From: Callorhinchus milii
Lineage: Eukaryota
Length of the DNA stretch: 64,000 nt
Assembly: GCF_018977255.1 (NCBI RefSeq)
Contig: NW_024704743.1
Coordinates: forward strand, 38,938,001 to 39,002,000
Direction of reading: 5' to 3'
This document shows positions 51,102 to 63,746 of the stretch, in pieces (position 1 is the stretch's first letter; every line of letters starts with the position of its first letter). The notes below the pieces were generated by a model. It saw only the letters and a list, made by a program, of their open reading frames with translations. It was not told the DNA's origin and did no database searches. The position numbers and the translations under genes are program-made.

Positions 51102-51430
51102 CTGCATTAAAAAAAGACAAGTTACAAGATCACAGAGGGGTGTGGATAAGAGATGGTCCTTTGGCCAACTCAATCTCATCCTTCCAGGATTCCAACCCTA
51201 CCATCAATCTATTAGAACATGATGAGATTTCTTAAATGAGCTCAATGTCCTAACTTCAACGACCCTTGCTGGTAACCCACTCCAGGCATTAATTATCCTC
51301 TGTGTAAAGAATAAGTCCCTACGTGTGTCTAGAAGTTACTAGTTACAACTCTAAATCCATGTCCTACTACCTTGGTATATTTGAAAATATATTTCTGTTT
51401 TCTTTTCTTTTTCATTGACAATTGGATATA

Positions 51431-51995
51431 CAGTAAAACTCACAAAGGTTGTATCAATCAGGACCATAACATTTAATGATTTACGTGAAATACGCATTGC
51501 AGGCAAACTGCACAACCCGTATCAAATCCGATTTAATCAATAAATGGACACCGTGCATGAATAATTCAATGCAGCTTGTAAGATAGACGGGTCAAGACTA
51601 CATATCCTGCGTTTCAATGCGTCTTGACCCGTCATCGCGGGTGCACTTACTGGTAACCAAGGAATTACATTGAATCGCGGGAAATGAAGTTTTTCTGCGC
51701 ATGCATCGAAGGATCAAGACTGCGTTTCCTGGGAATCAATGCAGCTGGCGCATGTGTGACATAAGTGGACGGGTCAGGATGTCATTGCCTGTGATTCAAT
51801 GCAACTTGCAAGTCCGGGAGCAATGGAAGGTAGGGGAGCGGAATTAATTAATAATTAATTAATCGATAGGTAATTAATATGAGTAGTGCAAATAAATGTA
51901 AGTGATTTTGATAGGATACTGAATGGGACTTGAGAGAATGTATAATTTAGGTAATAATACGATTTATAAAGGTAAGACTTATGATGGTTTTACTG
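51431..51995. mobile_element. Tc1/mariner-type MITE nested in an old CR1 in the last MYO10 intron
   Basis: TA|CAGTAAAAC ... GTTTTACTG termini; CpG-rich core; CR1 remnants on both sides (~51125-51400, ~52000-52210). Confidence 0.6.
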
Positions 51996-52480
51996 AACCT
52001 CAGTAAGTCCTTGCCAAGAATGTTTTCAAGATGGAAGAGTACTACCTTATTTAACCGTTCCCATGGCTCATGCCTCTAACACTGGAATTCAGTCCAGTTG
52101 CTCTCCTCTGAACTGATCTTTAGGGCTTGTCAATCCAGTTTGAATGCAGCAATAAAAAATATACTCCATATGTAACCTAATCAGAGCCTTTACTGATAGG
52201 AATATTGACCTTTCAATTGTTAAGCTAATTCTCCTTGGTCACATACACGCCAGGTTTTGCTGCGATGTTATCCAATTATCTTTGTTTAAAGTGAAACATT
52301 TTTCTGTGTATTCAGTGGCCCAATTGGATACAGTTTTGTTGCTTGAAGCATGGAGAGATTTTATACTATTTGTTTGCCTTTTCTTTGGTAGAGTACCAAC
52401 AAATATATAATCTAGATGCAGCTTGAGGGTTTACTTGTCGTTGTTTTCATTCATTCACTCACATTCCATGAGTTCCTTAC

Positions 52481-52672
52481 CTCTGTTGTATCAAATAGCA
52501 ATTCCCTCTCATCCACAACAATTTTGTAGGTGTTTGGCTGAGGAGCTCCAAAGGAACGGATATTTTCATAAGGGAAGGTCTCCAGGGGTCTGGCCTCTCC
52601 ACGCTTATATACTGAGACTGATTCCCCACAGATCCCCAGCCACAGGTCTGGTGGGAAACCACCTTCTTTACA
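52481..52672 (-). CDS. MYO10: Myosin-X coding exon (FERM F3)
   Basis: CAG|TGT AAA GAA...ACA GAG|GTAAGG; CKEGGFPPDLWLGICGESVSVYKRGEARPLETF...ELLFDTTE; 192 nt. Confidence 0.96.
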
Positions 52673-53463
52673 CTGAAAAAAATATTGGGATTTAATGGAT
52701 TGAACATTCACATCAGTTCTCACTTCCAACCTCCACAAAACAAATTGAAACATCCAAAGGTATAAAAAATGACAAATGAAAGAATAATATTAACAATAAT
52801 AATCCTTGCATTTTATATTTTATTACGTCTTCATGTACTAGGGCTGGGGAAAAGATGATTGAAAGTGCAGTCAATGAAGTACGTCTTGAGAGGGACCTTG
52901 AATGAAGGGAGCGAGCGAGTTGGAGGGATTCCAGGATGGAGTTCCAGAGAACCAGGACAGGTCGACTGAAATCCTGCCCGGCGACTATGTGGCAGATAGG
53001 GTGGACATGAGATCATGGATGAGGAGGGGTTTTCTTGCCATGGAATGAATAGATGTTCTGGAGGACAATGTGTAGGTGATTGGCAGCTGTGGAGGCTTCT
53101 GAAGGATGTGTGAGGGAAAGTAATGTTGGGAAGGATGGGATGTGAATAAGATCCCAGAACAGGCAAGCCTTGCAGTGAATCTGGGCAATGGGACAGTTAG
53201 GGTGGCTGCTTTTAGACAGTCGTCAGTGGGTGCTATGATGAGCCTGGTGGGGATGCCCAGGCTGGACCTCAGGGAGGCCGTACATCAAATTTAAGAGCTA
53301 TATTTATTTTTCATGCTGAATAACCAATGTGCTGGTTCGGTTCTAGAAACCAAGAACTCAGCTTAGTGGAGGAAGACTATGGAAAGAGCAAAGTCATTCA
53401 TGTTAGCTGTAATTGGTCACAGCTAGATTGTGCTTCAGTGAAAGAATTATCCATTGCACTCAC

Positions 53464-53910
53464 CTCCACATCAAACAATGTGGAGCCATATCCACACCAC
53501 TCCTTGATCAAAGCCATGTACTTCACCATGGCCTGCTCTTGGGTCATTCCTTGCACTTTCTTCCACTTGTCAATAATATTATCCTTGGCACCCGAAATCT
53601 CCTCCTTGACCCACATGTCCATCATCTGGTCATCCTCAGATTTCTGTTTACTGAGAGAGTTATTCCGGAAACTCCTTCTTAATGTTCCCTCCAAGAAGCT
53701 GGAACGCTTCTTGTCACCAGAGGGAGCAAAGGTCTTGGTTGATTGCATGATTCGCGCCTTTAACCTTTCCATTGGGAAAACCTCTTTCAGTTCTGGTACG
53801 GTTACATGTGAGGTGTAATCTCCCTGCAGGAACTGTAATCTTAAAGCAGCCAGATACTGAAGAGTCTCTTCGGGGGCAGGATAGTGACCTTGAATGGTAG
53901 CCTCATGAGC
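53464..53910 (-). CDS. MYO10: Myosin-X coding exon (FERM F2 with insert)
   Basis: TAG|GCT CAT GAG...GTG GAG|GTGAGT; AHEATIQGHYPAPEETLQYLAALRLQ...KEWCGYGSTLFDVE; 447 nt = 149 codons. Confidence 0.96.
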
Positions 53911-53992
53911 CTAATAATTCATAGAAAAAAAATTGAATGGTCTTAAAGAAAGGACACAATATATGGCTGGAGAGTTAACACAGTTGCTCATT

Positions 53993-54094
53993 GGGTTGCG
54001 ATCCTGGGATTTCAGAAGCTCTATTACCATAGGGGATCCTGGTCCTGGAATCCCATATGGTAATGGTGTTCGCAAAATCCTGGGAACGCAACCC
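53993..54094. repeat. ~100-bp imperfect palindrome (probable MITE core)
   Basis: GGGTTGCGATCCTGGGATTT...ATTACCATAGGGGAT versus the reverse complement of the right arm GGGTTGCGTTCCCAGGATTT...ATTACCATATGGGAT. Confidence 0.75.
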
Positions 54095-54879
54095 CTGGTT
54101 GCTCGAGCAGAAATGGTAGATTTTGTAAAACAGTTCATCAATAACAGTACAGTGAATTTGCATAATGTTAAGTTGCTTATTGTTAAAATCTGCATAATGT
54201 TAATACATAATGTCTGCCGGTCCCAGCCGTGCTTAGTATGTGTGTACACATTTGAATTTGTGCATTATTATAGCTGTGTAATGTTATAATTTGTCTAATG
54301 TTATTCAAATGTGTGACCCCAGTTAACAAAAGATCGATTAAGGTTATACCCGGTGTGGAGTGCTGCTGGAGTAGACAGGAACATCTCTCACTGGCACCTC
54401 AAATCTGGATCAAAGAGACAGATGGATGGTCCAGTGAGAACATGGGAAGGGTTGATGGACAGGTGGATGGCCTAATGGGAGCTTGGGGCAGGTTGTTGGA
54501 AGGCAGATGATCGAATGAGAAGAGTATAGTATTTTAGCGCCCATAGTGACTTTTATTTTTGTGATTCAATGCGGATAAAACAGGCGAAAATAACCAATTT
54601 TATTATAAAGTAACCCTTACTACAATAAAACTAAATAAAATAATGGATCTTTTATGTATTTTTCTTATCCTTGAATAGTAAATGCCTTCAGAACAGTCTG
54701 GAAGTGTTTGCAAGTATTTGAAAGGGAAGTTCTCCTATTCTTATAGTACAAATAATGTTATAATTTTGTCCTGTCGTACAGTTTATAACATTAAGCAGAC
54801 TTGGCTGCATTAACTTTTTATTGTGTTTGGACTTACAATTAGATTAACAATAACATTTTAATGATTCCTTGTCCCATAC

Positions 54880-55000
54880 CTGTTCAAACATAAAGGCAAA
54901 TTCAACACTCTCTTTTGGCACATTATCGGTGTCAAGGAAGCAGTAGAGTTTGAAGTAGAAATTCCAGGGATTCTCTTCTCCTTCTGATTTGGCTACATAT
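54880..55000 (-). CDS. MYO10: Myosin-X coding exon (FERM)
   Basis: CAG|A TAT GTA...GAA CAG|GTATGG; YVAKSEGEENPWNFYFKLYCFLDTDNVPKESVEFAFMFEQ; 121 nt. Confidence 0.95.
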
Positions 55001-55799
55001 CTGAGACACAACAAAAGGTTTAGCACAACTAGCTTGTTATAAAATAAAACCATGTGATAAAAGATGATACCAATTCTTATGAATTTACGTCTATGAGGAA
55101 AGGGAAAAGGACATTTTATTTTTCATATTGGAAATGTTAGTGGTGATAATGGAAGCTAATAAAAGTTCATCTGGACAAGTAAGGTCTAATGTGTGCCAAT
55201 TTCTAGGAGGATCACTTAATGAAGAAAGAGGAAGTATGTCATGCCAATCTGTAAGAAATTAACTCCAATGTTATTTACTTTTACCTGTAGTATGACATGA
55301 TATTGGTGACGTAGGTTACGTTTCACCTACAAAATACAGAGTCAATCCACTTATATATTCTGTGAAATGCTTTGAGATGTTTTTGATGGAAGACAACTGG
55401 CAAATATGGTCAGAAGTGGGAAATTGAGGCTGAGATCAATCAAAAATAGGGTGGGTACATTGGGACAAGTGTTTTTTTTCCTGTTCCTAAGATGTTCTAA
55501 GTTTCCCGAGAGCATTTCCATCTTGTAATCTTGATGAGGAATGTGCTAAAATCCATCTTAATGCAGGACAGCCCCATTATGAAGTGATAGTTTGGAAGTC
55601 GCTATTCTTAGAGCCCTCCCGAGGAATTTATCAGCTCCAAGTAAATACAATCAGGGCAAGCTGAACATTAATGTAGATACTGTCAAGCAAGGGAATGAGC
55701 CGGAATGAATAGATTGTGTCAGTACCTTATTACTTAGTTTGCTCGATAGAGGGAGTCTGCAAATTTTTTTGTAGTAGGAAAAAGATCTCAAGATTCAAA

Positions 55800-57845
55800 T
55801 AGAATCATAGAATTATACAGCACAGAAGGAGGCCATTTAGCCCATCGTGTCTGTGCCGGCTCTTTGAAAAGAGCTATCCAAATCAATTCCACTTCCCCGT
55901 TCTCTCCCCATAACCCTGCAAACTTGTCCTCCCCCAAAAATTATCTACTTCACTCTTAAAAGTTGTTATCAAATTGACTTCCACCACCCTTTCAGGCATT
56001 GCATTCCAGATCCGAACAGCTCGCTGTGTGAAAACATTTCTCCTCACCTCCCCTATGTTTCTTTTAACAACTATTTTAAATCGGTGTCCTCGGGTTACCG
56101 ACGCACCTGCCAGTGGAAATAGTTTCTCCTTGTTCACCCTATCGGATCCCCTCATAATTTTGAAAACTATTAAGTCCCCTCTTAACCTTCTCTGCTCCAA
56201 GGAAAATAATCCTAGCTTCTCTAGGCCTCTACTCAACTGAAATCCCTAATTCCTGGTACCATTCTGGTAAATCTCCTTTGCACTCTCTCTAATGCCTTGA
56301 CATCCTTCCTAAAGTGTGGTGCTCAGAACTGAAGACAGTACTGTAGCTGAGGTCTAACCAGTGTTTTATAAAGATTGATCATAACTTCCTGACTTTTGTA
56401 TTCTATGCCCCTATTTATAAAGCCTAGTATCCCGTATGCTTTTTTAACAGCTTTATCTACCTGTCCTGCCACCTTCAAAGATTTACTTATATGAAACCCC
56501 AGGTCTCTCTATTCCTTCACACCTTTAAGATTATATTGCCTCTCCTCATTCTTCCTCCCAAAATGTATCACTTCGCATTTCTCCACATTAAACTTCATCT
56601 GCCATCATCTGCAAACTTTGTATTTGCTATACCCAAGTCCAGGTCATTTATAGAGATCAAAAAGAGCAGTGGTCCCAATACTGAACCCTGGGAGACACCA
56701 CTGCACACTTCCCTCCAGATAGGAAAACAACCATTCACCACCACTCTCTGCTTTCTGTCTCCCAGCCAGTTCTGTATCCATGCTGCCACTGTCCCTTTAA
56801 TACTGTGTGCTTCTATTTTGCTTACATGTCTCTTATGTGGCACTTTATCAAATGCCTTTTGAAAATCCATATAAACGATATCAACTGCACTGCCTTCATC
56901 CACCCTCTCCATTACTTTATAATAATAATAATAATAATCCTTGCATTTGATATAGCGCTTTTCACATCAGGAGGACGTCCCAAAGCGCTTTAAAAGTATA
57001 TTTGTATTTTTTATTTGTGGGCGAACGCGGCAGCCAATTGCGCACAGCAATGTCCCACAAACAGTCGTAGATTGAAAATGACCGATTTTATTATTGTTTT
57101 GGGTTTTGGAGGGATTATTATTAGGCGTGTTGAGTAAGGAAACTTGCCCAAGGTTTCGCCCTGTGCCTGGAATTGAACTCAGGTCTCTCACTTGCAAAGC
57201 GAGTGCTCTAACCACTGAGCTACAGGACTCCAAAAAACTATCAGGTTTGTTAGACATGATTTGCCTTCAACAAAGCCGTGTTGGGTGTACTTTATTAACC
57301 CATGTTTGTCTAAGTGAAAATGTATTTTGTCCCGGATTATAGTCTCTAGATGTTTCCCCACTCCTGTCGTTAGGCTAACCATCTTATAGTTCCCGGGTTT
57401 ATCCTTCTGCCCCTTTTTGTACAGGGGAGTAACATTTGCAACCTTCCAGTGTCCAAGGAGAATTGAAATATTGTGGCCAGAGCCTTCTCTATTTCCATGT
57501 TTACTTCCCTCGATAACCTAGGATGCATCCAGTCCGGACCAGGTGACTTAACTACCTTGAACACCATCAACCTTTTTAGCACCTCTTCTCGGTTTATTCT
57601 TATCTTATCCAATCTCTTTCCCCTCTCCTTCGATACTGTGGCATTGGCTGCATCCTCTTCTTTTGTAAAGACAGATGCAAAGTACTCATTCAGTACATCA
57701 GCCATGCCCTCTGCCTCCACAAGAAGATTTCCTCTTTGGTTCCTAATTGGATCCACCCTACCGTTGACTAACCTTTTTTTCTTTATATGCTTATAAAATA
57801 CCTTAGGGTTCCCTTTTAGGTTACCCGCTAATCTTTTCTCATATA
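55800..57845 (-). mobile_element. CR1 LINE, ~1.7 kb of ORF2 and 3' tail, internally deleted, interrupted by a SINE
   Basis: [49 protein letters not shown] and LFSLEQRRLRGDLI motifs. Confidence 0.93.
56919..57231 (-). mobile_element. Full-length tRNA-derived SINE inside the CR1
   Basis: Reverse complement of the 43764 family; splits CR1 ORF2. Confidence 0.9.
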
Positions 57846-57903
57846 TGATGTATTGACAATTTATAATGCAACACGATGATCTGAAACATGGGTAGATACT
57901 TAC

Positions 57904-58040
57904 TTTTCAAACTTCGCCAAAATATCAGCCACAACTGTTCTGCTTTCAATTGCTTTATCGGTAGTACCGTTGTGTTCAAAAAGAGCAAACATGTTTCTAC
58001 TGTCCTCCATTGCTAGACCACGGATCAACTTCTCAACAAC
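57904..58040 (-). CDS. MYO10: Myosin-X coding exon (FERM F1)
   Basis: CAG|GTT GTT GAG...GAA AA|GTAAGT; VVEKLIRGLAMEDSRNMFALFEHNGTTDKAIESRTVVADILAKFE; 137 nt. Confidence 0.95.
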
Positions 58041-58729
58041 CTGAAACACCAAAGCAGACGTCAAAGCATTGGTTCCATTTTACAAGCGTTTCTTTTCCTT
58101 TTTTTGGGTTTTCCCTAAGAAATGAACAATTCCTCCCCCTCTTCTAACAACAAAGAGCAAAGTGTAATCCCCTCTCCAACCTCTGCCAATATTGCTCTAC
58201 GTCTTACACAAGGAGCTACGGAAAAGCTATTATTCTATTCCCAGTGAGGGGGTTCAGTCCTTTCCACAGTGATTCGCACTCCAGTGTAACTCGAGAAACA
58301 GGTGATGCCCAAAATTGTTTCTTGTCCTAGCTCTAAAGCCATTGCCTTCAAATGCAACAGTGGAATTTTAGAAATGTCTTAAATTCAATCTTTATTTGGA
58401 AACTTTTTCTACAGTTCTTTTTAAGACGTGTTGGCTGAGAGCATAAGAAATTGCAGGCCTCAAAATGGTAAATATAACCCTAAGCATCTTGTCCACAAAT
58501 TATACAGCCAGCTCACCTTGCAATATATTCTGTGAAGCGCTTTGAGATGTCTCGAAGATATGATATGGGGCTATATGAAACGCAAGGATTATTATTAAAC
58601 CTGCATCCACGTATACCCCATTGCACAGTGCACTGATGTTCCAATATCCTGTGGTTCAGCAAAACTCTATTCCTCCCATCCCAGATATACCAAGCCCTTA
58701 TTAACCCATTCTCTGGAGTGAAGTCTTAC

Positions 58730-58937
58730 CTCCCCAGCTGTAGTATGAGAATTAATTGTGATTTTGCAGGAGCCGCCTCCGTGGCAGTAAACAGTGGAGG
58801 TCATTTCTTGTCTGTTGATCAAGGCAAGTATTTCTTCCTGAGAAGGTATATACTCTCTCGTTTTGGTTTTCTTCAGTGATTCACAAATAAACATTGCATA
58901 TTTCTCCATCTCGGTACCTGGAAATTGGTCTCGTATC
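58730..58937 (-). CDS. MYO10: Myosin-X coding exon (MyTH4/FERM junction)
   Basis: TAG|G ATA CGA...GGG GAG|GTAAGA; IRDQFPGTEMEKYAMFICESLKKTK...YCHGGGSCKITINSHTTAGE; 208 nt. Confidence 0.96.
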
Positions 58938-59620
58938 CTACATACAAAAATTCAAAACAAATTGTAAGAGGAGCTAAATCATTTGGTAGTTACAAATACC
59001 CTGGAGTGGGAGCGAGAAGATTAGACAACAGAAGAATTATTTTACTTTGGTCATTCACTTCTTGGCTATTAGTTGCTGAACACAAATGTATGGTCACATT
59101 TGCCTATGAAATACAGTCACCACATTTTACAATAAATTCTGTAAAACGCTTTGAGATGTCCTTCTGACATGAAAAGTGCTTTGTCAACTGCAAGGATTAT
59201 TATTAGGAATTATTATAAGAATTAGGTTGACAACAACAAAATTACATTTATAAAGCGCCTTTCACATCGGGAGGACGTCCCAAGGTGCTGAAGCATTAGA
59301 GTGGATAACCTGGGCAGATTTTGCACTAGGATTTGAGACAATCAGTGGCCTGAAATCTATGTTCTGAGGTTTAGGACCATTTAAGGTCATGCAGAATTTT
59401 GAAAAACATTAGATTCAGTCTGAATTGAGAAGCCAATTTTGGTGCAGCAGAAACTCAGCGTCTAAATTATGACTGTATTTAAGACCATTTACCAACATTT
59501 TGTACAACCGTAAAATTTTAAGACAATGGTCTTAATCCTAAAATCATGAGAAAGGTCAGGTTCTGGAGTTGCTCAGCAATGATGGTTAACTGGATTCACA
59601 ACATGGTATATGATATATAC

Positions 59621-59918
59621 CTCTTGAGGTGGAATTTGAGGTAACGGACCACAGTGCGCCTTGGCATAAATGTGCAGCTCATGCAGACAAGCAATTGCCA
59701 GTTGCGTAGGTTGGCGAGACTCGTTGGATGAGGGACTTTGTTGGTCTGTTTGATGAGCTGACAGTAGAGCTCATCTCGTAGGGTGCGCAGGTCTTGAGCG
59801 GTCTGCAGAATGCCTTGGATGATAGAAATATGATCGGATGAAGATTCCAGCTGCTGTAAGGAATTGAAGAGCTTGATGGCTTCATCTTGCAGCGTGGTAT
59901 AGCCTTTTTCTTTCAACA
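59621..59918 (-). CDS. MYO10: Myosin-X coding exon (MyTH4 domain)
   Basis: TAG|TG TTG AAA...AAG AG|GT; LKEKGYTTLQDEAIKLFNSLQQLE...LRDELYCQLIKQT...YLKFHLK; 298 nt. Confidence 0.96.
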
Positions 59919-60795
59919 CTACAAAAAGATTTTACAACAAACATTGAAGCTTTAGGAGGAATGAACATGACAGAAATAGATTGGAGATTTTAGCCACAAA
60001 TATATATTTTTTTCGGGTTTTGTGTCAAGTGAATTAATAATAATACTATTTAACAGGATATTATATTGGGAAGAATGTAAAATAAACAATGATCTTCGCT
60101 CTTTGTTGCCATCTAGTGATCTCTACTGGAAAGAGTTAATTTTGGGATTCTGTTGAGAACAGGATTGGGCTGGATGTGTAATGCCCTGCTGTGCAGTGGT
60201 CGAGGCAGAATCCATATTAGCTTTCAAAAGGGAACTAGATAGATGTCTAAAAAGGTGTAATTTGCAGGGGTATGAGGAAAGGCAGGTAAATGGGACTCAA
60301 TGAATTGCTCTTTCTAACATCGGGCATAGACACAATGGGCTAAATCGCCCTGTGCCAAACCACTGTCCAGACCTGTGTGAAGAATGACCAGTTAGTAAAT
60401 TACTGGAATCAAACTCCAGAAAAAGCAACCTTCTTCTTTACTGGCTTAATGGGTGTATGGACCTCGTCTAGAGATTCTCAGCTGTAGAGATCAGCATGGT
60501 CTGAGGTTCACTTCCATGTCTATGCCAAGTTACTGGAATTCAGTGAACAGAGCACATTGGATACATTGGGTTTGAGCAGGATATAGTTAGAACAGGAGCC
60601 TGCCACCACTCACATGTGAAGAATGGCAGCTTGAGTGAAATACCAGTGACGTCCATGGAATCACAAGCTACTGCGAAAGGTAGGCAGCAAATAAATCCCA
60701 GCACTCCATTGGTCTCAACATAACCAAAAAGACAGAACGTTCTGCACTATCCCCAATGTGAACCACAGTATAATATAGTCAGCTTTTGTACTTAC

Positions 60796-60919
60796 AACTT
60801 AAATTAATGTCTCCGTACGGTAGTGGAAGAAGTGGAGAATGCAAAGGGTGGTGAGTATAACGCAGGATTGGGTTCCTCTTGTAGATTTGCTCTACAACTT
60901 CGACATTCAAGCAGTTTTC
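60796..60919 (-). CDS. MYO10: Myosin-X coding exon (start of MyTH4 region)
   Basis: CAG|GAA AAC TGC...AGT T|GTAAGT; ENCLNVEVVEQIYKRNPILRYTHHPLHSPLLPLPYGDINLS; 124 nt. Confidence 0.95.
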
Positions 60920-61104
60920 CTGATAGACCACAGACCAAAGATATCTCGGTTAGAACATTTTAAAGGGTACAGGATTTGGTCACTGTAACATCTCAACTGA
61001 TTTAAAGAAAGAAGATTAAACTATGTAATAGTAACAGTCTCCCCACATACCACAATATATTGGAAAATATGTTAAATGTTATTTTACTTAAAATTGATAG
61101 TAGC

Positions 61105-61375
61105 ACTCTGCCTTTAGCCTCGTGCGTCAAGCAAACATATTACACAGTTGCAAGTTCAATTCCCAGTCTGTGCTGAATAAGCTGATTTCAGTCAGGGAGC
61201 AGTTTGTGTGCTTTAATTGGCCTCAGAGCACATAAGCATGGGAGAGATGAAGGCCAGGATGCTGATAATCATCATCTAGCAACCGTGCTGTAAAACACGT
61301 GGGTGGGGATAGGATCAGGAGGTGACTCACTGTACAGGTTCACACATGGAGAATGACCCTTAAGCCAGAGAGCTG
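61105..61375 (+). mobile_element. Old interspersed repeat, probably a SINE (related pieces at ~49760-49930, 60140-60410, 60560-60660, 61905-62110)
   Basis: Shared blocks tctgtgctgaa-tagct-at-tcag and cacacatg-agaatg among the copies; family not identified. Confidence 0.5.
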
Positions 61376-61561
61376 ATGCTAACACGCCTCATCAAGAATC
61401 AATGCCTTAAAGTGAGGAAAGAAAAGGGAAAAAAACTTCTGGACAAATTGCCACTATTTTATTTAAAACCGTTTAATAACAGTGAAGCACATGGCATTAA
61501 AGGAAGTGAGTGCCCTGTATTCCGATACAATTCTAATTGCATTTCACAGCTGTTTCCTTAC

Positions 61562-61719
61562 CTTGATGTCCTGAATGAGTTGCTGTGTGGGTGTATCAAT
61601 AGGTACTTTGGTATCGATAACATTTTGGATGGCACCTGTCCACCTCATTGCCTCATTCAGCAGCTTTGTGTGAAGGCGATAGCAGTGCTTGCGACCGTAC
61701 ACTGTCACATTCCAGTAAC
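61562..61719 (-). CDS. MYO10: Myosin-X coding exon (end of PH domain)
   Basis: CAG|GT TAC TGG...ATC AAG|GTAAGG; YWNVTVYGRKHCYRLHTKLLNEAMRWTGAIQNVIDTKVPIDTPTQQLIQDIK; 158 nt; not in the ORF track, translated by hand. Confidence 0.95.
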
Positions 61720-62337
61720 CTGCCAGCCCGGGGTAAAGAAACTACATCAGAAGACGCAACAAAATGGACAGCAATAAAACAGATGTTTTATTCAAATCAA
61801 ACGTGGAGTAGTTCAGGTGGAAAGGACTGAATTTCATAGGTGTTTCAGACATTAATAAATTGCATTTGAAGTACAATTCAAGCTAAAGAGAGAAAAAAAA
61901 AGCCAGCATTTTTGATTACTATGCAGTGACTCATGTTGGGCTTTGGCTGCAATGCCCTCCATGGCTTGATAGCCAACTGTGTCTAACCACTAGTTAGTTG
62001 TGGCAGACTCACATTCCAACTCTCTGAGCTCGTTGGACTTGCTGGCCCTATTGAACTGAACTAAAGCCAGAGCTAGTGACTTGAGCAGAGGAGGGGGGGA
62101 GGAAATTGGCAAAATACACCCGACATATTAACAACTGAACCATGTGTCGAAAAAAGGTCTTTAATGCCTTATGTGCTTTCCTGTTTATTTTCCACTAACG
62201 ACCTCAGCATTCTAATGGGACACAAAAGCAGTTTTCTTTCAGAAGCCTTTGTGAAACTCCATCGGACAAAAATAAATTCACGCATAAACTGTGAACTGGG
62301 ATCTTGCTGGAATGGAATTGAGGCACCAACTACTCAC

Positions 62338-62532
62338 CAGTTTCTTTGAAAAATTTTTCATCAGGCTGCACAACAGAGCAGAGACTGTTGAGCACCAGGG
62401 TTCCCAGCTTCACGGCCCCACTCTCTGAGCTCTTGTAGTAATCCAGAGAGTTATGGGTCAGCACAAACCAACGCTTTTTCAGCTTCAGAGAGTTGTTTTT
62501 TCCACCGTTCCTTGCTTCCTTATGAAGCCACC
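62338..62532 (-). CDS. MYO10: Myosin-X coding exon (PH domain)
   Basis: AG|GG TGG CTT...ACT G|GTGAGT; GWLHKEARNGGKNNSLKLKKRWFVLTHNSLDYYKSSE...EKFFKET; 195 nt. Confidence 0.96.
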
Positions 62533-63349
62533 CTATCAAAATGCAGAGACAGATTTTAACCATTTCACATAATCACTTACCATGCAGACAGTGAATGTAG
62601 AAGAAGATGGTAAGTAATCTCCTGCTGAGCGATTAGACACAACAAATTTCACAGTAAATTTCTACTGAATAAAATATTTTAAATAAATAGATGCTTGGCT
62701 AAAAATACTTTGCTGAGAGGTGATCAAGACAAAATTTGAACAATTTAGAATTAGGTATGTGATCTTTTATTTGTAAAAGGAAGCATTCTATTCAGAGTCT
62801 GATTTTTTTTGTGTTAATACGATTACAGAATTTTTTCTCTGCTATCGTTGTTTGAAACTCTGAAATTGGCCAAAGTGATCTTTTCATTGCGTTGCTATTC
62901 GTAGCATGTAATTGACCCCAGTATGAGTGGAAAAGTTCAGTTAGTGGAATTTGATAGCTAAGCTGCCAACATAAAACTCCTGATAGGTTAAATTCTGCTA
63001 AAAGCAGATTGCAAAAGGTTAAAAGCATTTGTAGCCTGATATATTTGCTCTGAGAGAGTATAGTGAAGGGCAATTCGATTGATAGATACCATTAGACACT
63101 TGAATGAATAGAGGAGGCTATGGAAGGAGGAAAATTCTGCTGGAGAAGGCTCAGGGGAGATCTTAATAGGTTTGCCACAAAATACAGTCAATTCACTTTA
63201 CAGTACATTTTGTGAAGCGCTTTGAGTCGTCTCAAAGACATGATAAGACACTAAATCAAATGCAAGGATTACTACTACTAGCTCCGAGACGCTATCCTGC
63301 GTGAAGGGCACTATATAAATGCAAGTTGTTGTTCCAATAACATATTCAA

Positions 63350-63560
63350 CATGGTCAAAAAAATCCAGAACAAGAGGATAAAGGTTCAAGCTCAGAAGAG
63401 GGAAAATGAACAAACAGTTCAGATCAAAATATTTAACTCAGAGAATGGTGACAATGTAAAATAGACTATGCAGGGATATGGCGGAGGTTGATTGAGACAG
63501 CAAGTTCAAGCAAGAATTACACAGCTATTTGGCAAAGATATTGATTTGAAGGGTAAGAGA
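63350..63560 (+). mobile_element. Old CR1 3' fragment
   Basis: agaacaagaggataaaggttcaagctc...tttaactcagagaatggtg. Confidence 0.55.
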
Positions 63561-63746
63561 CATTTAATATTGTCTGTCCAGCACCTTTTTTTTGAAGCGC
63601 TCTCAGATTCTCACTGGTGAAGGGTGCAGTATAAATGCAAATTGTTGTTGTGGTGTAGGATTTTTATTTTTACTTTGAGACCAGTCAGATGAACTCAATA
63701 GGTTTTTTCCTAGTCATATGTATGACAATGATGTTTATGCTCCTAC

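Noticed and set aside
59479..59535. Short inverted repeats (TTAAGACCATT...AATGGTCTTAA; also 40335-40382 and 20821-20845)
   Set aside because: Short, AT-rich arms, compatible with chance or tiny MITE remnants
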